This document shows, one piece after another, positions 17,601 through 27,977 of a stretch of 64,000 nt of DNA. The stretch is from Candidatus Binatia bacterium. GTDB taxonomy: Bacteria > Desulfobacterota > Binatia > Bin18. Positions within the stretch are counted from its first letter, which is position 1, and each line of letters opens with the position of its first letter. The stretch covers positions 320,001-384,000 of the forward strand of contig CAXXHG010000043.1 of the NCBI GenBank assembly GCA_963666315.2, in the 5' to 3' direction. The notes under the pieces are model-generated. The model worked only from the letters and a program-made list of their open reading frames with translations. It did not search any database and was not told the DNA's origin. The position numbers and the translations under genes are program-made.

Positions 17601-18830
17601 ATGATCACGATGAATGAACACTACCTCAAGCTTCAGGCATCTTATCTGTTTTCCGATATTGCCAAGCGCGTCAACGACTACCAAGCCAACAATCCAGACC
17701 AAACCATCATTCGGTTAGGGATCGGGGATGTGACCCGTGCCCTGCCGGACGCCTGTATCACCGCCTTTCACAAAGCCGTTGATGAAATGGCCGACGATGC
17801 CACTTTTCGTGGGTATGGACCCGAGCTGGGTTATGACTTTTTGCAAGAAGCCATTGTTGCTGGAGATTTCCAGCCACGCGGCGTCGACCTGACCCCGGAT
17901 GAAATCTTTGTGAGCGACGGTGCGAAGTGTGATTCCGGGAATTTCCAAGAACTTTTTTCTGCGGATATTCGCATTGCCGTTCCGGACCCGGTCTACCCGA
18001 CCTATGTCGATACCAATGTCATGGCAGGGCGAACGGCAGCCTGGAAAGACGGCCGATATGAGGGACTCGTCTACCTTGAGTCCACACAGGCCAACAATTA
18101 TGTCCCGGACTTACCCCAGGAAAAAGTAGACCTGATCTATCTGTGTTTTCCTAATAATCCAACCGGCAGCATGGTGACCAAAGACCAGCTATGTCCTTGG
18201 GTAGAGTACGCGCGCGCAAACAAAGCCCTCATTCTGTACGATGCCGCCTATGTGGAATTTATCCGTGACGACAGTTTGCCGCACAGCATTTATGAAATCG
18301 ACGGAGCCAAAGACGTGGCCGTAGAATTCCGGAGCTTGTCAAAAACTGCCGGCTTTACGGGTACGCGGTGTGCCTACACAATCGTACCAAAAGCGTGTCG
18401 GGTATATGATACGCGAGGCAATACCCATGCGCTTCATGCACTCTGGGATCGGCGTCAATCAACGAAGTTCAATAGTGTCTCTTACCCCGTCCAGCGCGCG
18501 GCTGAGGCAGCGTTCTCGCCCGAAGGAAAAGCCCAGGTCCGTGAACTGAGTGACTATTATCTCGGTAACGCCGCCTTGATTCGGGAGACTGTCAACAGGC
18601 TGGGCTACCAATCTGTCGGCGGCCAACACTCGCCCTACGTATGGATCAAAACCGATACGGACTCGTGGCAGTTCTTCGATCTGTTGATGCAGAAAGCCGG
18701 CGTGGTGTGCACGCCGGGATCCGGGTTCGGCAAGTGCGGTGAAGGCTATGTGCGACTCAGTTCTTTTAATAGTCGAGAAAACGTTGAGACTGCGCTGCAG
18801 CGAATCTCAGCCGCGCTTGGTAAAGCATAG
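17601..18830 (+). CDS. dapL: LL-diaminopimelate aminotransferase
   Basis: YLFSDIA, IRLGIGDVT, SDGAKCD, CFPNNPTG, SLSKTAGFTGTRC, TPGSGFG; RBS GAGGAGG before ATG 17601. Confidence 0.95.
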   Translation: MITMNEHYLKLQASYLFSDIAKRVNDYQANNPDQTIIRLGIGDVTRALPDACITAFHKAVDEMADDATFRGYGPELGYDFLQEAIVAGDFQPRGVDLTPDEIFVSDGAKCDSGNFQELFSADIRIAVPDPVYPTYVDTNVMAGRTAAWKDGRYEGLVYLESTQANNYVPDLPQEKVDLIYLCFPNNPTGSMVTKDQLCPWVEYARANKALILYDAAYVEFIRDDSLPHSIYEIDGAKDVAVEFRSLSKTAGFTGTRCAYTIVPKACRVYDTRGNTHALHALWDRRQSTKFNSVSYPVQRAAEAAFSPEGKAQVRELSDYYLGNAALIRETVNRLGYQSVGGQHSPYVWIKTDTDSWQFFDLLMQKAGVVCTPGSGFGKCGEGYVRLSSFNSRENVETALQRISAALGKA

Positions 18831-18838
18831 ACGCAGGG

Positions 18839-18864
18839 AGAGGGCAGCCGAGACGCCCTTTTTT
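18839..18864 (+). terminator. Intrinsic terminator after dapL
   Basis: AGGGC-N9-GCCCT followed by a T run. Confidence 0.6.
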
Positions 18865-18881
18865 CTGTGTAGGCAAGAGGT

Positions 18882-19412
18882 ATGCATTATCTCTTTACCT
18901 GGGAAACAGGCCATCCGACGCTGGACGTCCGGCTCCGGCAGGCCAGGCAACACTGGGAAGAATTGACGCTCGGCACTAACCCCGCAGCCAAGCGCGAACT
19001 CTCCCAGCTTTCCCACTCTGCCCAACCTGCTCTACCCATTCCGCCGAGCTGGATGGCAACATTCTACCTCTTGCCGTATCCAGAGCAGATTCTCCTGGCC
19101 TTTGTCTGGCTGCACTGGTGGCAGCAGTCAGCAGAAGAGGAAGCAGGCTTTGGGGGCTGGTTGATTCAGGGACCAGGACTCGTGTTGAACCACGTTTCTC
19201 TCCTCAAGGTACTGACGGAACAACAGCCCGGCATTCTCGGCAGCCTGCACGGATTCCTCGAAAAAATCGTCGAGCAGGCTGGGGACTGGAATGGCGACCG
19301 AGAAAGTTACCCGCATATTGTCCAGCTCCTAGAAGAGCTCAACACCGAGTACCGCTCTCATATTCATGCCCGCGAATTATGGCCCGCCATCCTGCAGCTC
19401 ATACAAGACTAA
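18882..19412 (+). CDS. Hypothetical protein
   Basis: 176 aa ORF with GAGG RBS; no recognisable motif. Confidence 0.55.
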   Translation: MHYLFTWETGHPTLDVRLRQARQHWEELTLGTNPAAKRELSQLSHSAQPALPIPPSWMATFYLLPYPEQILLAFVWLHWWQQSAEEEAGFGGWLIQGPGLVLNHVSLLKVLTEQQPGILGSLHGFLEKIVEQAGDWNGDRESYPHIVQLLEELNTEYRSHIHARELWPAILQLIQD

Positions 19413-19638
19413 TCATTATTACACTGTTGATAGGCGCCCCTCGTAGCAGCCCGTTCGCATGGACAGAGAGGAGCTGCAAGAGAGCATTGACCGCCTTGCT
19501 CGACATGCGGTATTTCTAGCAACCGCATTTCTTTTCCCGACCTACCAGAGGAAGGCTGTCTGAGAATGCCTGATGCGGCGGGGTATCCACCTATCCACCT
19601 GGGGTGGTGAGGCTGGTGAGGAATACAGAGGGGACCAG

Positions 19639-21291
19639 GTGAAACTTCGGACGCATCAGGAAGCCTTGCGCTCGTTGGTGATGGACCACATCGCCCACAA
19701 CACTATCCAAGGCCAACAGATTTGGGCTGAGGTCGAGCCGGGAGGAGGAAAAAGCTTGCTTCCCGTCTTAGCCTATGTCCCACTTCGCACTGCCGGTATC
19801 GTGGATAAAGTGCTGTGGGTCGTCCCACGCCGTCCGCTTGCCAGACAGGCAGTTGAATCCTTCCTCGAATCACAACACGCGCTCAAGCACGACTATGCGA
19901 TTCGGCAAGGAGGGAACCGCGCCAACCCAACCCGCGGTCTGGACGGCACAGTGGTGACCTATGATCTGCTGCGGCATGACGACAAAGGAATTTACCCCAA
20001 AGAGCTCCGCAAACACCGCTATCTTGTCTGCCTGGACGAGAGTCACCACTGCGCTGAGGGCGAAGTCTTGGCCCAGGCCGTTGACCCCCTCGTCCAGGCA
20101 GCCGTGGTCACGATTCAGATGAGCGGGACCTTCCAGCGCCATGACCGCAAGCCCTTGGCATGGGTTCCGTATACACGCGATGATCAAGGTGATTTGCATA
20201 CGGCATTCTCGGAGGCCACGCACATTCTGTACACCTTTGAGGACGCGCTCCAAGACCACGCGGTCGTCCATCCCTACTTCATTTTTTGCGATCGCGCGGC
20301 CCGTTGGCGCGATCTGAATACGGGTACCGATTTGTCCTTTGACAGCTTACACCAAGGCGGGCGAAGAGGTCTGAATATCGCCCTGCATAGTGGGTATGCC
20401 CGGCAGCTTCTGCTGACGGCGGTTGCCGGCTGGCAAGAATGGCAACAACGAGAACCCAACGCCCAGCTCCTGGTTGTGTGTGCCACCATCGGCCAAGCTA
20501 AGCGGGCGCTGGGGTGGCTGCAAACGGCCGACATCATGTCGAGTCAAATTGCCACGACGGACGAAACGAAAATGGCCCTGGCCACGATCCAAGAGTACCG
20601 TACAGGCAATCTGTGCGCTCTGGTGACTGTCGGCATGGCGTATGAGGGCCTTGATGTTCCAGGCATCACCCACTTAGCCTGTCTGACGCATATTCGTTCC
20701 ATTCCGTGGCTCAAACAAATGTTCGCACGCGCCGGCGGTTTAATCCCCGTTCCGCCTTGCCCTATGAGCACCAGGAATGGTCCTATTACGTACCTGAAGA
20801 CCTCCAGATGGGCCACGTGGTCTCCGGGCTGAAAGAGCAAATCAACGACATTCGGCCGCGATCTTACTCAAGCGGGCAATTCCAGAATCAACTGGTCCAA
20901 GCCGACCTTTTTGGACCGACGGCGGAACCGAAGCCGCCCGACTTTATCCCCCTCGACGGTCGTGTGACCGGAAGAAGGATAACCACCCTGCCAGAGGTTG
21001 AGGGTATCCTCGGCAACGGCACGTCGGCTAGGCAAAGTGAGCATATTGAGCCGCTCATAGCGCCGGACGATCAAGAGGTCCAATTACGTGAAGACATCGT
21101 CAGTTTGGTCAAGCAACAGGCGCATTATAATAGGGCGTTACACTGCAGCGCGCGGGAGCTCGCGAGAGGCGGCGCTCGAAATGAAACGGATTAACCCTAT
21201 GCTGCGCCAGCAATTCGGCAAGGCTCGTGCGCATATGACCCTTTCCGAGCTGCAGCAGCTCAAACGGCATCTCAGGCGGCTGGTCAAATAA
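19639..21291 (+). CDS. SF2 DEAD/DEAH-box helicase-like protein, frameshifted at about 20736 and about 21160
   Basis: LRTHQ Q-motif, Walker A PGGGKS, DESHH, MSGT, EGLDVP, motif VI QMFARAG[R]; continues in ORFs 20706-21194 and 21088-21291; GTG start at 19639 with RBS. Confidence 0.78.
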
Positions 21292-21324
21292 GACACACTG
21301 TACACTCCGTCTTGTCCCATATGC

Positions 21325-21351
21325 CTGGATGCCTGCTTGCGCAGGTATGAC
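21325..21351 (-). repeat. REP-like palindromic element (VIPAQAGIQ type)
   Basis: Minus strand GTCATACCTGCGCAAGCAGGCATCCAG; a sister copy on the plus strand is split by the IS30 element. Confidence 0.65.
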
Positions 21352-21384
21352 ACAAGAAAGACTGTCATGCCCGTGGAAACGGGA

Positions 21385-22402
21385 CCGTGGATTCACATTT
21401 GAAGTGCAACAGTTGCTGTAAAAGAACCTCTGCAGGAGTGTGGCAGGCAAGACATTTTCGGGGTGTGTTGTTGTAGGCACGGATGAGGGCATTAAAGCGG
21501 TTTGTGCGCAGGCTGGCGAGGGCGGTGTTGCGCGGGATGGTTCGCCGCATGCGACCAAGGGCATTTTCAATGCCGCCCTTCTGCCACGGCTTATGGGGGT
21601 CGCAAAAGAAGGTCTGAATGGCCAGGGGATGCAATTGGTAGTGCTGGACGAACTCGGTGCCATTATCGAAGGTCAGGGTTTGGCGCAAGCTTGGGGCAAG
21701 GGTTTGAGGAGCTGGACCATCAGCCGGGCCATGGGCTGAGCCGCCTTGCTGGGCGGTCGGGCCGCGAGGAGGACCGGGGAGTGGCGTTCATGCATGGTCA
21801 GGATGGCCGGTCCGTAGTGGGCGAATACCATCAGAGCGGCTTCCCAGTGGCCGGGGACCTGGCGGTCGGTGGCGCAGGGCGGGCGGTCCGAGAGGGGCCG
21901 GCGGGCTTTCGAAGAAGCGGACCGGAGAGCCGCGCTTCTTGCCGCGCCCGCCGCGTTTGGATTTGGCGCGGGGCAGATAGAGCCGCCAGCGGTCATCCTT
22001 GGTGCGCGCCAGTTGTGCATAGAGAAACCGGTAGATGCTCTCGTGGCTGATCACCTGGCTGCCGGGCTCAACCGCCAGCCGGCCGGCCACCTGCTCCGGC
22101 GCCCAGGGCCTTGACGCGCAGCTCCTTCTTGCGTTCCAGCTTCGAGCCGTTCCACCTCCGGGCGCAAGCCTGCTGATCGGCATAGGCCGGGGTGTAGGCC
22201 CCCTGGGTGCCCTGGTTCCGCTTTATCTCGCGAGCAATGGTCGATGGCGCGCGATCCACAACTGCTGCAACTTGCCGGAGCGAGCTCCCCGCGCCTTGAA
22301 GACCGGCAATCTTCCACCGCTCCTCAACTGAAAGTTGTCTGTATCTCTTGTCCATGACAACACCTTATCCAGCTCGTGTTGCACTTGGTTTGTGAATCTA
22401 GA
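21385..22402 (-). mobile_element. IS30-family insertion sequence with a frameshifted transposase
   Basis: Fragments MDKRYRQLSVEER...STIAREIKRN, WAPEQVAGRL...ISHESIYRF, PGHWEAAL, TLTFDNGTEF...PWQKGGIEN; inverted repeats GATTCACAnnnnAAGTGCAACA at 21390-21411 and 22377-22398. Confidence 0.92.
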
Positions 22403-22478
22403 GAATCCAGGGGAGAGGGGGCTCGTCCCGCATGAGTGGTGTCCTGGACTTCGCTTCGCTACCTCCAGGCTACACGAC

Positions 22479-23285
22479 TTATTTTTTGGCTCCAGCACCT
22501 GCCGGCAACAGTGCCTCGGCCTTGGCTTTGACCTCTTTTGCCAGGTCTCGCCGACCGGTGAGAAGGTAGCGCCGAATCGCCTGGTCAAAGGACTGCTGGG
22601 CTTCCTGTTGCTGTCCTTGGTGAAAATACGCTTCTCCCAGCCCGGCATATGCCTCAGCCTTATCAGGATTGCCGGCCAGGACGGCAGTAAACGCAGTCAC
22701 CGCCTGGATGTACTGCTGCGTCGCGACATAGCCCTGTCCCAACTCGAGTTGCGTTTCAATACTGTGTGGGTCGGCTTGTGCCGAAGCCTCATAAGCCTGT
22801 ATGGCATCGTCTACGCGGCCGTCGGCTTCGTATGCCCGTCCGAGTTCAAGCTGGGCAACGCTCGATCCTGGATCAACGCGTACCGCCGCTTCTAACTCCT
22901 GGCGTGCGGCGCTCGGACGGTTCTGCTGCCTGGCGATCGTACCGCGATTGACGTGATAGGTGCTGAGCGCACGCTTTGCGCCGGGATGATTCGCATCGAT
23001 ATTGAGTGCATCCCGAAACTTTTGAGCGGCAAAATCATTATTCCCCAATTCATTGGCTAAAGCACCGATACGATAGTGCGCCTCCGCATTATTGGGGTCT
23101 TCCTTTATCGCTTTTTCATACTCACCCATAGCCGGGCCAAACAGTGTCCGTCCTTCATATTTATGGGCCGTAGCCATGAAGTCCGGGTTTTTTTCCGCAG
23201 CGCAGGCCGAGAAAAGGACACCGAAAGCGAGAGCCAGGACAAGAACAAGGAACAGCAAGGGAATGTCTTGAAAGCGTGGTCTCAT
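22479..23285 (-). CDS. TPR-repeat lipoprotein
   Basis: Lipobox-like FSAC after a hydrophobic stretch; several TPR units (DPNNAEAHYRIG, AYAGLGEAY). Confidence 0.85.
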   Translation of the reverse strand: MRPRFQDIPLLFLVLVLALAFGVLFSACAAEKNPDFMATAHKYEGRTLFGPAMGEYEKAIKEDPNNAEAHYRIGALANELGNNDFAAQKFRDALNIDANHPGAKRALSTYHVNRGTIARQQNRPSAARQELEAAVRVDPGSSVAQLELGRAYEADGRVDDAIQAYEASAQADPHSIETQLELGQGYVATQQYIQAVTAFTAVLAGNPDKAEAYAGLGEAYFHQGQQQEAQQSFDQAIRRYLLTGRRDLAKEVKAKAEALLPAGAGAKK

Positions 23286-23462
23286 AGCGTCTATTAGGCG
23301 GTGTCGAGACCTTGGTGTCAAGGAAGGATGGTGACTCGAATATCGTCCGGTCGTGTCTCAGTAGGATTGTTTCGTATGGTTTTTCAACGCGGTCGCTCAA
23401 CGGGAAAGAGGGGCACCTACTTGCTTCCTCCTGGGCCGATATAGTATCGGTTCTCTTCTATT

Positions 23463-24695
23463 ATGACAGTCACGGCCGCGCTGATTTCGACCGCGCTTCC
23501 TGAAGCGCTTTCTCCACTCACACAATTTGGTGGATTATCCCTCCTCAAGCGCGCGCTCCTCACTGCGCAGCGCTGTGGGGCAAAAACTTGTTATGTCTTG
23601 ATAGACAAAAATGCTCAAAAAGAGCTGCAGCGTGCGCTCTTTAATGACAAGCAAGACAAGCGGCTGACTGCCCAGGTTGTCTGGGTTCCGCACACAACCT
23701 CGCTCGCGGAAACGTGCGTAGAACGGCTGCCTTCCGGCGAGGGGCACTGTTTGGTGTTTTCGTGTGATACGCTTTTCCAGCCGACTTTGGCTCAGATGCT
23801 CGAGCAGCATGTGGGCCAACAAGAAAAGGAAGAAAGCTGGCAGGTGCACGGTGGCACGAACAACGCCGCCCTCTCCCTCGTGCCGCTTGCACGGCTCCAA
23901 AAAGAAAAAGAAGAAAAGACTGACGGACTCAACCCCCTCTCACCTGGTGAGCACTTTTTCTATCGTTTGACTGCACAGAGCTCTTTGGCCAAGGTCGAGA
24001 AAACCTTGCTCTTCGCCCTTGAAAATCCGCACGACGGCCTGGTTGACGCCTATCTCAATCGAAAGTTTTCGCGTCTTCTGACACGCTTCTTCCTGCGTAC
24101 TCCGCTCACCCCAAATCAAATCACTGTGCTCTCGTTTTTGACTGGCCTCATTGGGGCAAGCTGCTTTCTGTTGGGGAGTTATGCTTGGGCCGTGGCGGGT
24201 GCCCTCCTCCTCCAGTTTTCAACCGTTATGGACTGCGTGGACGGTGAGGTCGCGCGGGTCAAAATGCTTGAATCGCCGTTTGGCGAGTGGCTGGACATCA
24301 GCCTAGACACGGTTGTCCATATTGCAATCTTTCTGGGCGTCGGCGTGGCTGTCTGGGAACAAGATGGACTTGCCGCAGCACCACTTCTGGGTGGGATGCT
24401 GGCCGCTGCTGCGTGTATCTCGTTTCCGCTCATTACCATTGCTGAGAAGACCGAAGAACAGGGACGGCAACGTGCCGGCTGGGCAGATGTGTGGCTTGAC
24501 AATATGGTCGCTGGGCTGACCAGTCGCGATTACTCCTTGCTGGTCCTGCTGTGTGCTATTGCGGGCAAGCTGGCGTGGTTCCTTTGGGCTGCGGCCATAG
24601 GTGCCCAAGTGTTCTGGCTGACCCTGGCCCTGCTGCTGTGTAAGGCAGGTCGCTTGCGCACGTCTGTCCTGTTTGCCTCTTCTCCTGAGGGGTAA
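23463..24695 (+). CDS. CDP-alcohol phosphatidyltransferase with a degenerate N-terminal nucleotidyltransferase-like region
   Basis: TPNQIT and DCVDGEVARVKMLESPFGEWLD signature (DxxDGxxAR...GxxxD). Confidence 0.85.
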   Translation: MTVTAALISTALPEALSPLTQFGGLSLLKRALLTAQRCGAKTCYVLIDKNAQKELQRALFNDKQDKRLTAQVVWVPHTTSLAETCVERLPSGEGHCLVFSCDTLFQPTLAQMLEQHVGQQEKEESWQVHGGTNNAALSLVPLARLQKEKEEKTDGLNPLSPGEHFFYRLTAQSSLAKVEKTLLFALENPHDGLVDAYLNRKFSRLLTRFFLRTPLTPNQITVLSFLTGLIGASCFLLGSYAWAVAGALLLQFSTVMDCVDGEVARVKMLESPFGEWLDISLDTVVHIAIFLGVGVAVWEQDGLAAAPLLGGMLAAAACISFPLITIAEKTEEQGRQRAGWADVWLDNMVAGLTSRDYSLLVLLCAIAGKLAWFLWAAAIGAQVFWLTLALLLCKAGRLRTSVLFASSPEG

Positions 24696-25883
24696 TTAGG
24701 CTATCGTTCCAGCTGCGTGCAGTTCAGCCAACTTTTGTGCAGAAACGCCGAGCTCTGCAAGAATCGCATCCGTCTGCTCGCCGAGAAGGGGAGCCGGCTG
24801 ACGGAGAAGTTCGGACGGTGTTCCGTCAAATCGAGCTGCCGGACGCGCTTGGCGCATCTTGCCCGCATGCGGGTGCTCGGATTCAACAATTAAGTTGTTG
24901 GCCAGGACTTGGGGATCGGTCAGCACGTCTGCCTTACGGTTGACCGGAGCACATGGCACTTGCTCAGCGTCAAGTCGTTCCAACCATTCAGTCGAGCTTC
25001 TGTCTTTCAAGACCTCGGCGGTCATCTCCAACCGAACGTCCGCATATTTGACTCGACCTGCGGGGGTGCTGAATCGCTTGTCTTCTAACCATTCCGGTCG
25101 GTCCAAGGCGCGAACCAAACCCTGCCATTCCTTGTCGGAGACCGCGGCTGCAGTGATATAGCCATCCGTGGTTTCGAAAATAAGGTCACGGGTATCCGGC
25201 GGTCGAGCCACTCCAATATCCGGACCCATAAACGTGTATTGGGCCATGCCCTCATGCCACAGAAAGGACACCACGGCATCCAGCATGGCTAGCCGGACAT
25301 GTTGTCCCTTCCCCGTCCGTTCCCGTGCGAGGAGCGCCGCAGTCATGGCTTGGGCGGCCGTGAGCGCGGTTACCTTGTCCGGAATGATGAGGCGCATCAT
25401 ACGCGGCCGACGCGTTTCCGGGTCGGCCTGAATATCCGTCAAGCCGGACAGCGCCTGAATGACCGGGTCGTAGACGCGTTTGTGAACATACGGCCCTTTT
25501 TCGCCAAAGCCGCTAATCGACACATAGATGAGATCCGGTTTCACCCTTCGCAGGACCTGCTCGCCTATGCCCATGCGCTCAGCCGCACCAGGTCGGAAAT
25601 TCTGTACAAATACATCTGCGCCGGCGACGAGCTGTTTGAGCAACTCGACCCCTTTTTCATCTTTCAGATTCAATACAACCGAGCGCTTATTGCGATTTAA
25701 AGTGGAAAAGAAGGGTGACACACCACGTGACTTTCCACCTAATGCACGGGTCAGGTCGCCCGTGCCTGGGGGTTCGACCTTGATGACATCAGCACCCTGG
25801 TCTCCCAGCATCATGGTGGCCATAGGACCTGATAACATCTGGGTCACATCGATGATTCGATAACCAGCCAACGGTCCAGGCAT
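24696..25883 (-). CDS. CaiB/BaiF (family III) CoA-transferase
   Basis: PLAGYRIID, GADVIKVEPP, NRNKRS, QNFRPG, ISGFG; start MPGPL at 25883. Confidence 0.92.
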   Translation of the reverse strand: MPGPLAGYRIIDVTQMLSGPMATMMLGDQGADVIKVEPPGTGDLTRALGGKSRGVSPFFSTLNRNKRSVVLNLKDEKGVELLKQLVAGADVFVQNFRPGAAERMGIGEQVLRRVKPDLIYVSISGFGEKGPYVHKRVYDPVIQALSGLTDIQADPETRRPRMMRLIIPDKVTALTAAQAMTAALLARERTGKGQHVRLAMLDAVVSFLWHEGMAQYTFMGPDIGVARPPDTRDLIFETTDGYITAAAVSDKEWQGLVRALDRPEWLEDKRFSTPAGRVKYADVRLEMTAEVLKDRSSTEWLERLDAEQVPCAPVNRKADVLTDPQVLANNLIVESEHPHAGKMRQARPAARFDGTPSELLRQPAPLLGEQTDAILAELGVSAQKLAELHAAGTIA

Positions 25884-26002
25884 GGGCGTTCTCCTGTGCA
25901 CTGTCCGGCAGTAAGACTTGCTCTGGTTTTGCCCCAATCAGTCCTGACCTGTCAAGCGCTAGGGAGGGACGAAAGAAAAGGAGAGAAAATGCTACAGCGT
26001 GT

Positions 26003-26416
26003 TTAGGCAGCCGTACGCACCGAGTGTTGGTTTGGAAAAACTCTTTTGAGCTGGTCGGCAAGAATGTCTGCTGTAAAGGGTTTGAGTAAATAGCCGCTTA
26101 CCCCCGCCAGAGCGGCTTCCAGGACTTCATCCCGGGTGGCTGTACCGGTCACCAGAAGGAAAGGAATAGCCTTGAGTTTCTCATTCGCACGAATGGTGCG
26201 CAGGAGCTCAATGACCGTCATGCCCTCGAGACTCCAATCCGCGATGACGAGATCCGTTCGGGCACCCTTCAGTGCTTCAAGAGTGCCGGCTCCGTCCTCG
26301 ACTTGTCGGATGTGTGTGATCCCCTGCTGCCGTAAGAGCCCGCACAAGGTCTCGCGCGTCGAGCGCAGCTTGTCCACCACAACGACGTGAGGGGAAAAGG
26401 TGGAACGGGTGGACAC
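26003..26416 (-). CDS. CheY-like single-domain response regulator
   Basis: VVDK, DLVIADW, FLLVTG, YLLKPF. Confidence 0.8.
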   Translation of the reverse strand: MSTRSTFSPHVVVVDKLRSTRETLCGLLRQQGITHIRQVEDGAGTLEALKGARTDLVIADWSLEGMTVIELLRTIRANEKLKAIPFLLVTGTATRDEVLEAALAGVSGYLLKPFTADILADQLKRVFPNQHSVRTAA

Positions 26417-26498
26417 TGAAGGTTGTGTTGTTTGCTGGGCTGACGATTTTTCCTTTTGCTGCCGGAAGCCGAAGAGGACTTCCTCGAGAACTTTGAGC

Positions 26499-27158
26499 TC
26501 ACGCTCTCATTCTGTCAGCGCGTCCGGGGCTTTTCCCCCAATTCTCTGCTCGTCCAATCTGTTCAAGCCGGAAGGCCACCTCATATCTCGCTGTTGCATC
26601 GAGATTCGCTGCCGCTCCTTTGATGGAGTGTGCTTCACGCTCCAGGGTCTGGGCATCCTGGTCTGTGAGTGCGGCGTAGAGTCGAGCCAGAATTTTGGGA
26701 TGCTCCTCGAGAAACAGTTCGACCGTCGCTCTGAGTAATGGTCCGTCCCCATCCATATGAGATAGGGCTTGCTCGACATCGAAGAACTGGACCACTTCCT
26801 CAGATCGGACGGAGTCAGCGTCCCAGTGCCAATCGATGTATTCTGGCGCTGAAGGCTTTTCCCGGTCTGGCGTTTCCGGCTGCGGTTGCTCTGCCGGTGG
26901 AGACTCGGCGACGTGGCTTCCCGTCCCCCGCGTGTTCTCAGCGTCGTCCGGTTTGTTTTGCTCTGGGTCGACGTCCTCACCCATCTCAGTATCAATATAG
27001 ATTTCACCCGCCCCACAATCTTTTACGGCTTGGACTTCATCCTCCTCCTTGATGAGATGCTGATTACGGAAAAAAGGATGTTTTATCCACGAAATATTCT
27101 TGATTTCCGCGATACACATGCCCGGTTTGAGTTGGTCGATAGAGATCTGCCTTTTCAT
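26499..27158 (-). CDS. DUF3391-like N-terminus fused to an Hpt domain (C-terminus probably disrupted)
   Basis: MKRQISIDQLKPGM...SWIKHPF...IYIDT, then an acidic linker, then AHSIKGAAANL Hpt motif; real start probably ATG 27158. Confidence 0.7.
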   Translation of the reverse strand: MKRQISIDQLKPGMCIAEIKNISWIKHPFFRNQHLIKEEDEVQAVKDCGAGEIYIDTEMGEDVDPEQNKPDDAENTRGTGSHVAESPPAEQPQPETPDREKPSAPEYIDWHWDADSVRSEEVVQFFDVEQALSHMDGDGPLLRATVELFLEEHPKILARLYAALTDQDAQTLEREAHSIKGAAANLDATARYEVAFRLEQIGRAENWGKSPGRADRMRA

Positions 27159-27196
27159 ATCGTTGCTCAAGAAATAGTTACTATTGGCTATCCTAT

Positions 27197-27977
27197 ACCT
27201 AATGTGCAACTCGTAAGGTCATGATCCATTGGGCACTTTCTTCGTAGAATAGTGGCTACCACACTCGCTATTCGCAGAAGGAGTCCTCCAATGGATCGAG
27301 ATGAGTTTATCATTCTTGTGGCAGATCAAAGCAGCTATCCAGCAGCGCTTGACCCGTGTGAGCGGGCAAGCTGCCGACCCCGTCCAGAGCATTGATATTC
27401 TACCCCTGCCGGTCTGCGGCTACACCCGCAGCCGCCGCGACCGCTGTTTCAAAGCGGTCACCGACTACGGGCATTGTGCCGCTAAGCAACTGGATTACTA
27501 CGGGTTTAAGCTGGGCCTGCGCATCGCCCGGTGCGGGATGATTACCGATTTCCCCTTGTTGCCCGCCCGGCCCCATGACATCCGAGTGTTGGATGAGCTG
27601 CTTGAGGGCTTTGCCGGCCTCGTGCGTGCGGATAAAGGCTTTATCGACGCCTTCCGCCACGCCCTGCTGGCCGACCGGGATGGCGTCGTGGTGGTGACCC
27701 CGCCTTGCAAAGGGATGACGACCCCCCACAGGCCCCCGCTGTTCAAGGTCTGTGCGCGGCTGCGTAAGGTAATCGAAACGGTCGGCTCGCACCTGACCGA
27801 ACGGTTTGCTGTGACCCGCATTCGCGTTCATGGTCTCTGGCACTTTCAACATCGGCTCATCCGTAAAGTGCTGGCCCACACCGTCGGGGTGTTTCTCAAT
27901 CTGCACCTGGGGCGACCGCCCCTTGACCTCGATGGCCTCGTGGGAGGATAACTTCGAAAAGAGTCGCACATATAGGT
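27197..27977 (+). mobile_element. IS982-family element with an internally deleted transposase
   Basis: MDRDEFII start jumps directly to LWQIKAAIQQRL; YYGFKLGL, ADKGF, RKVIETVGSHL; imperfect IRs ACCTAATGTGCAACTC (27197-27212) and GAGTCGCACATATAGGT (27961-27977). Confidence 0.8.
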
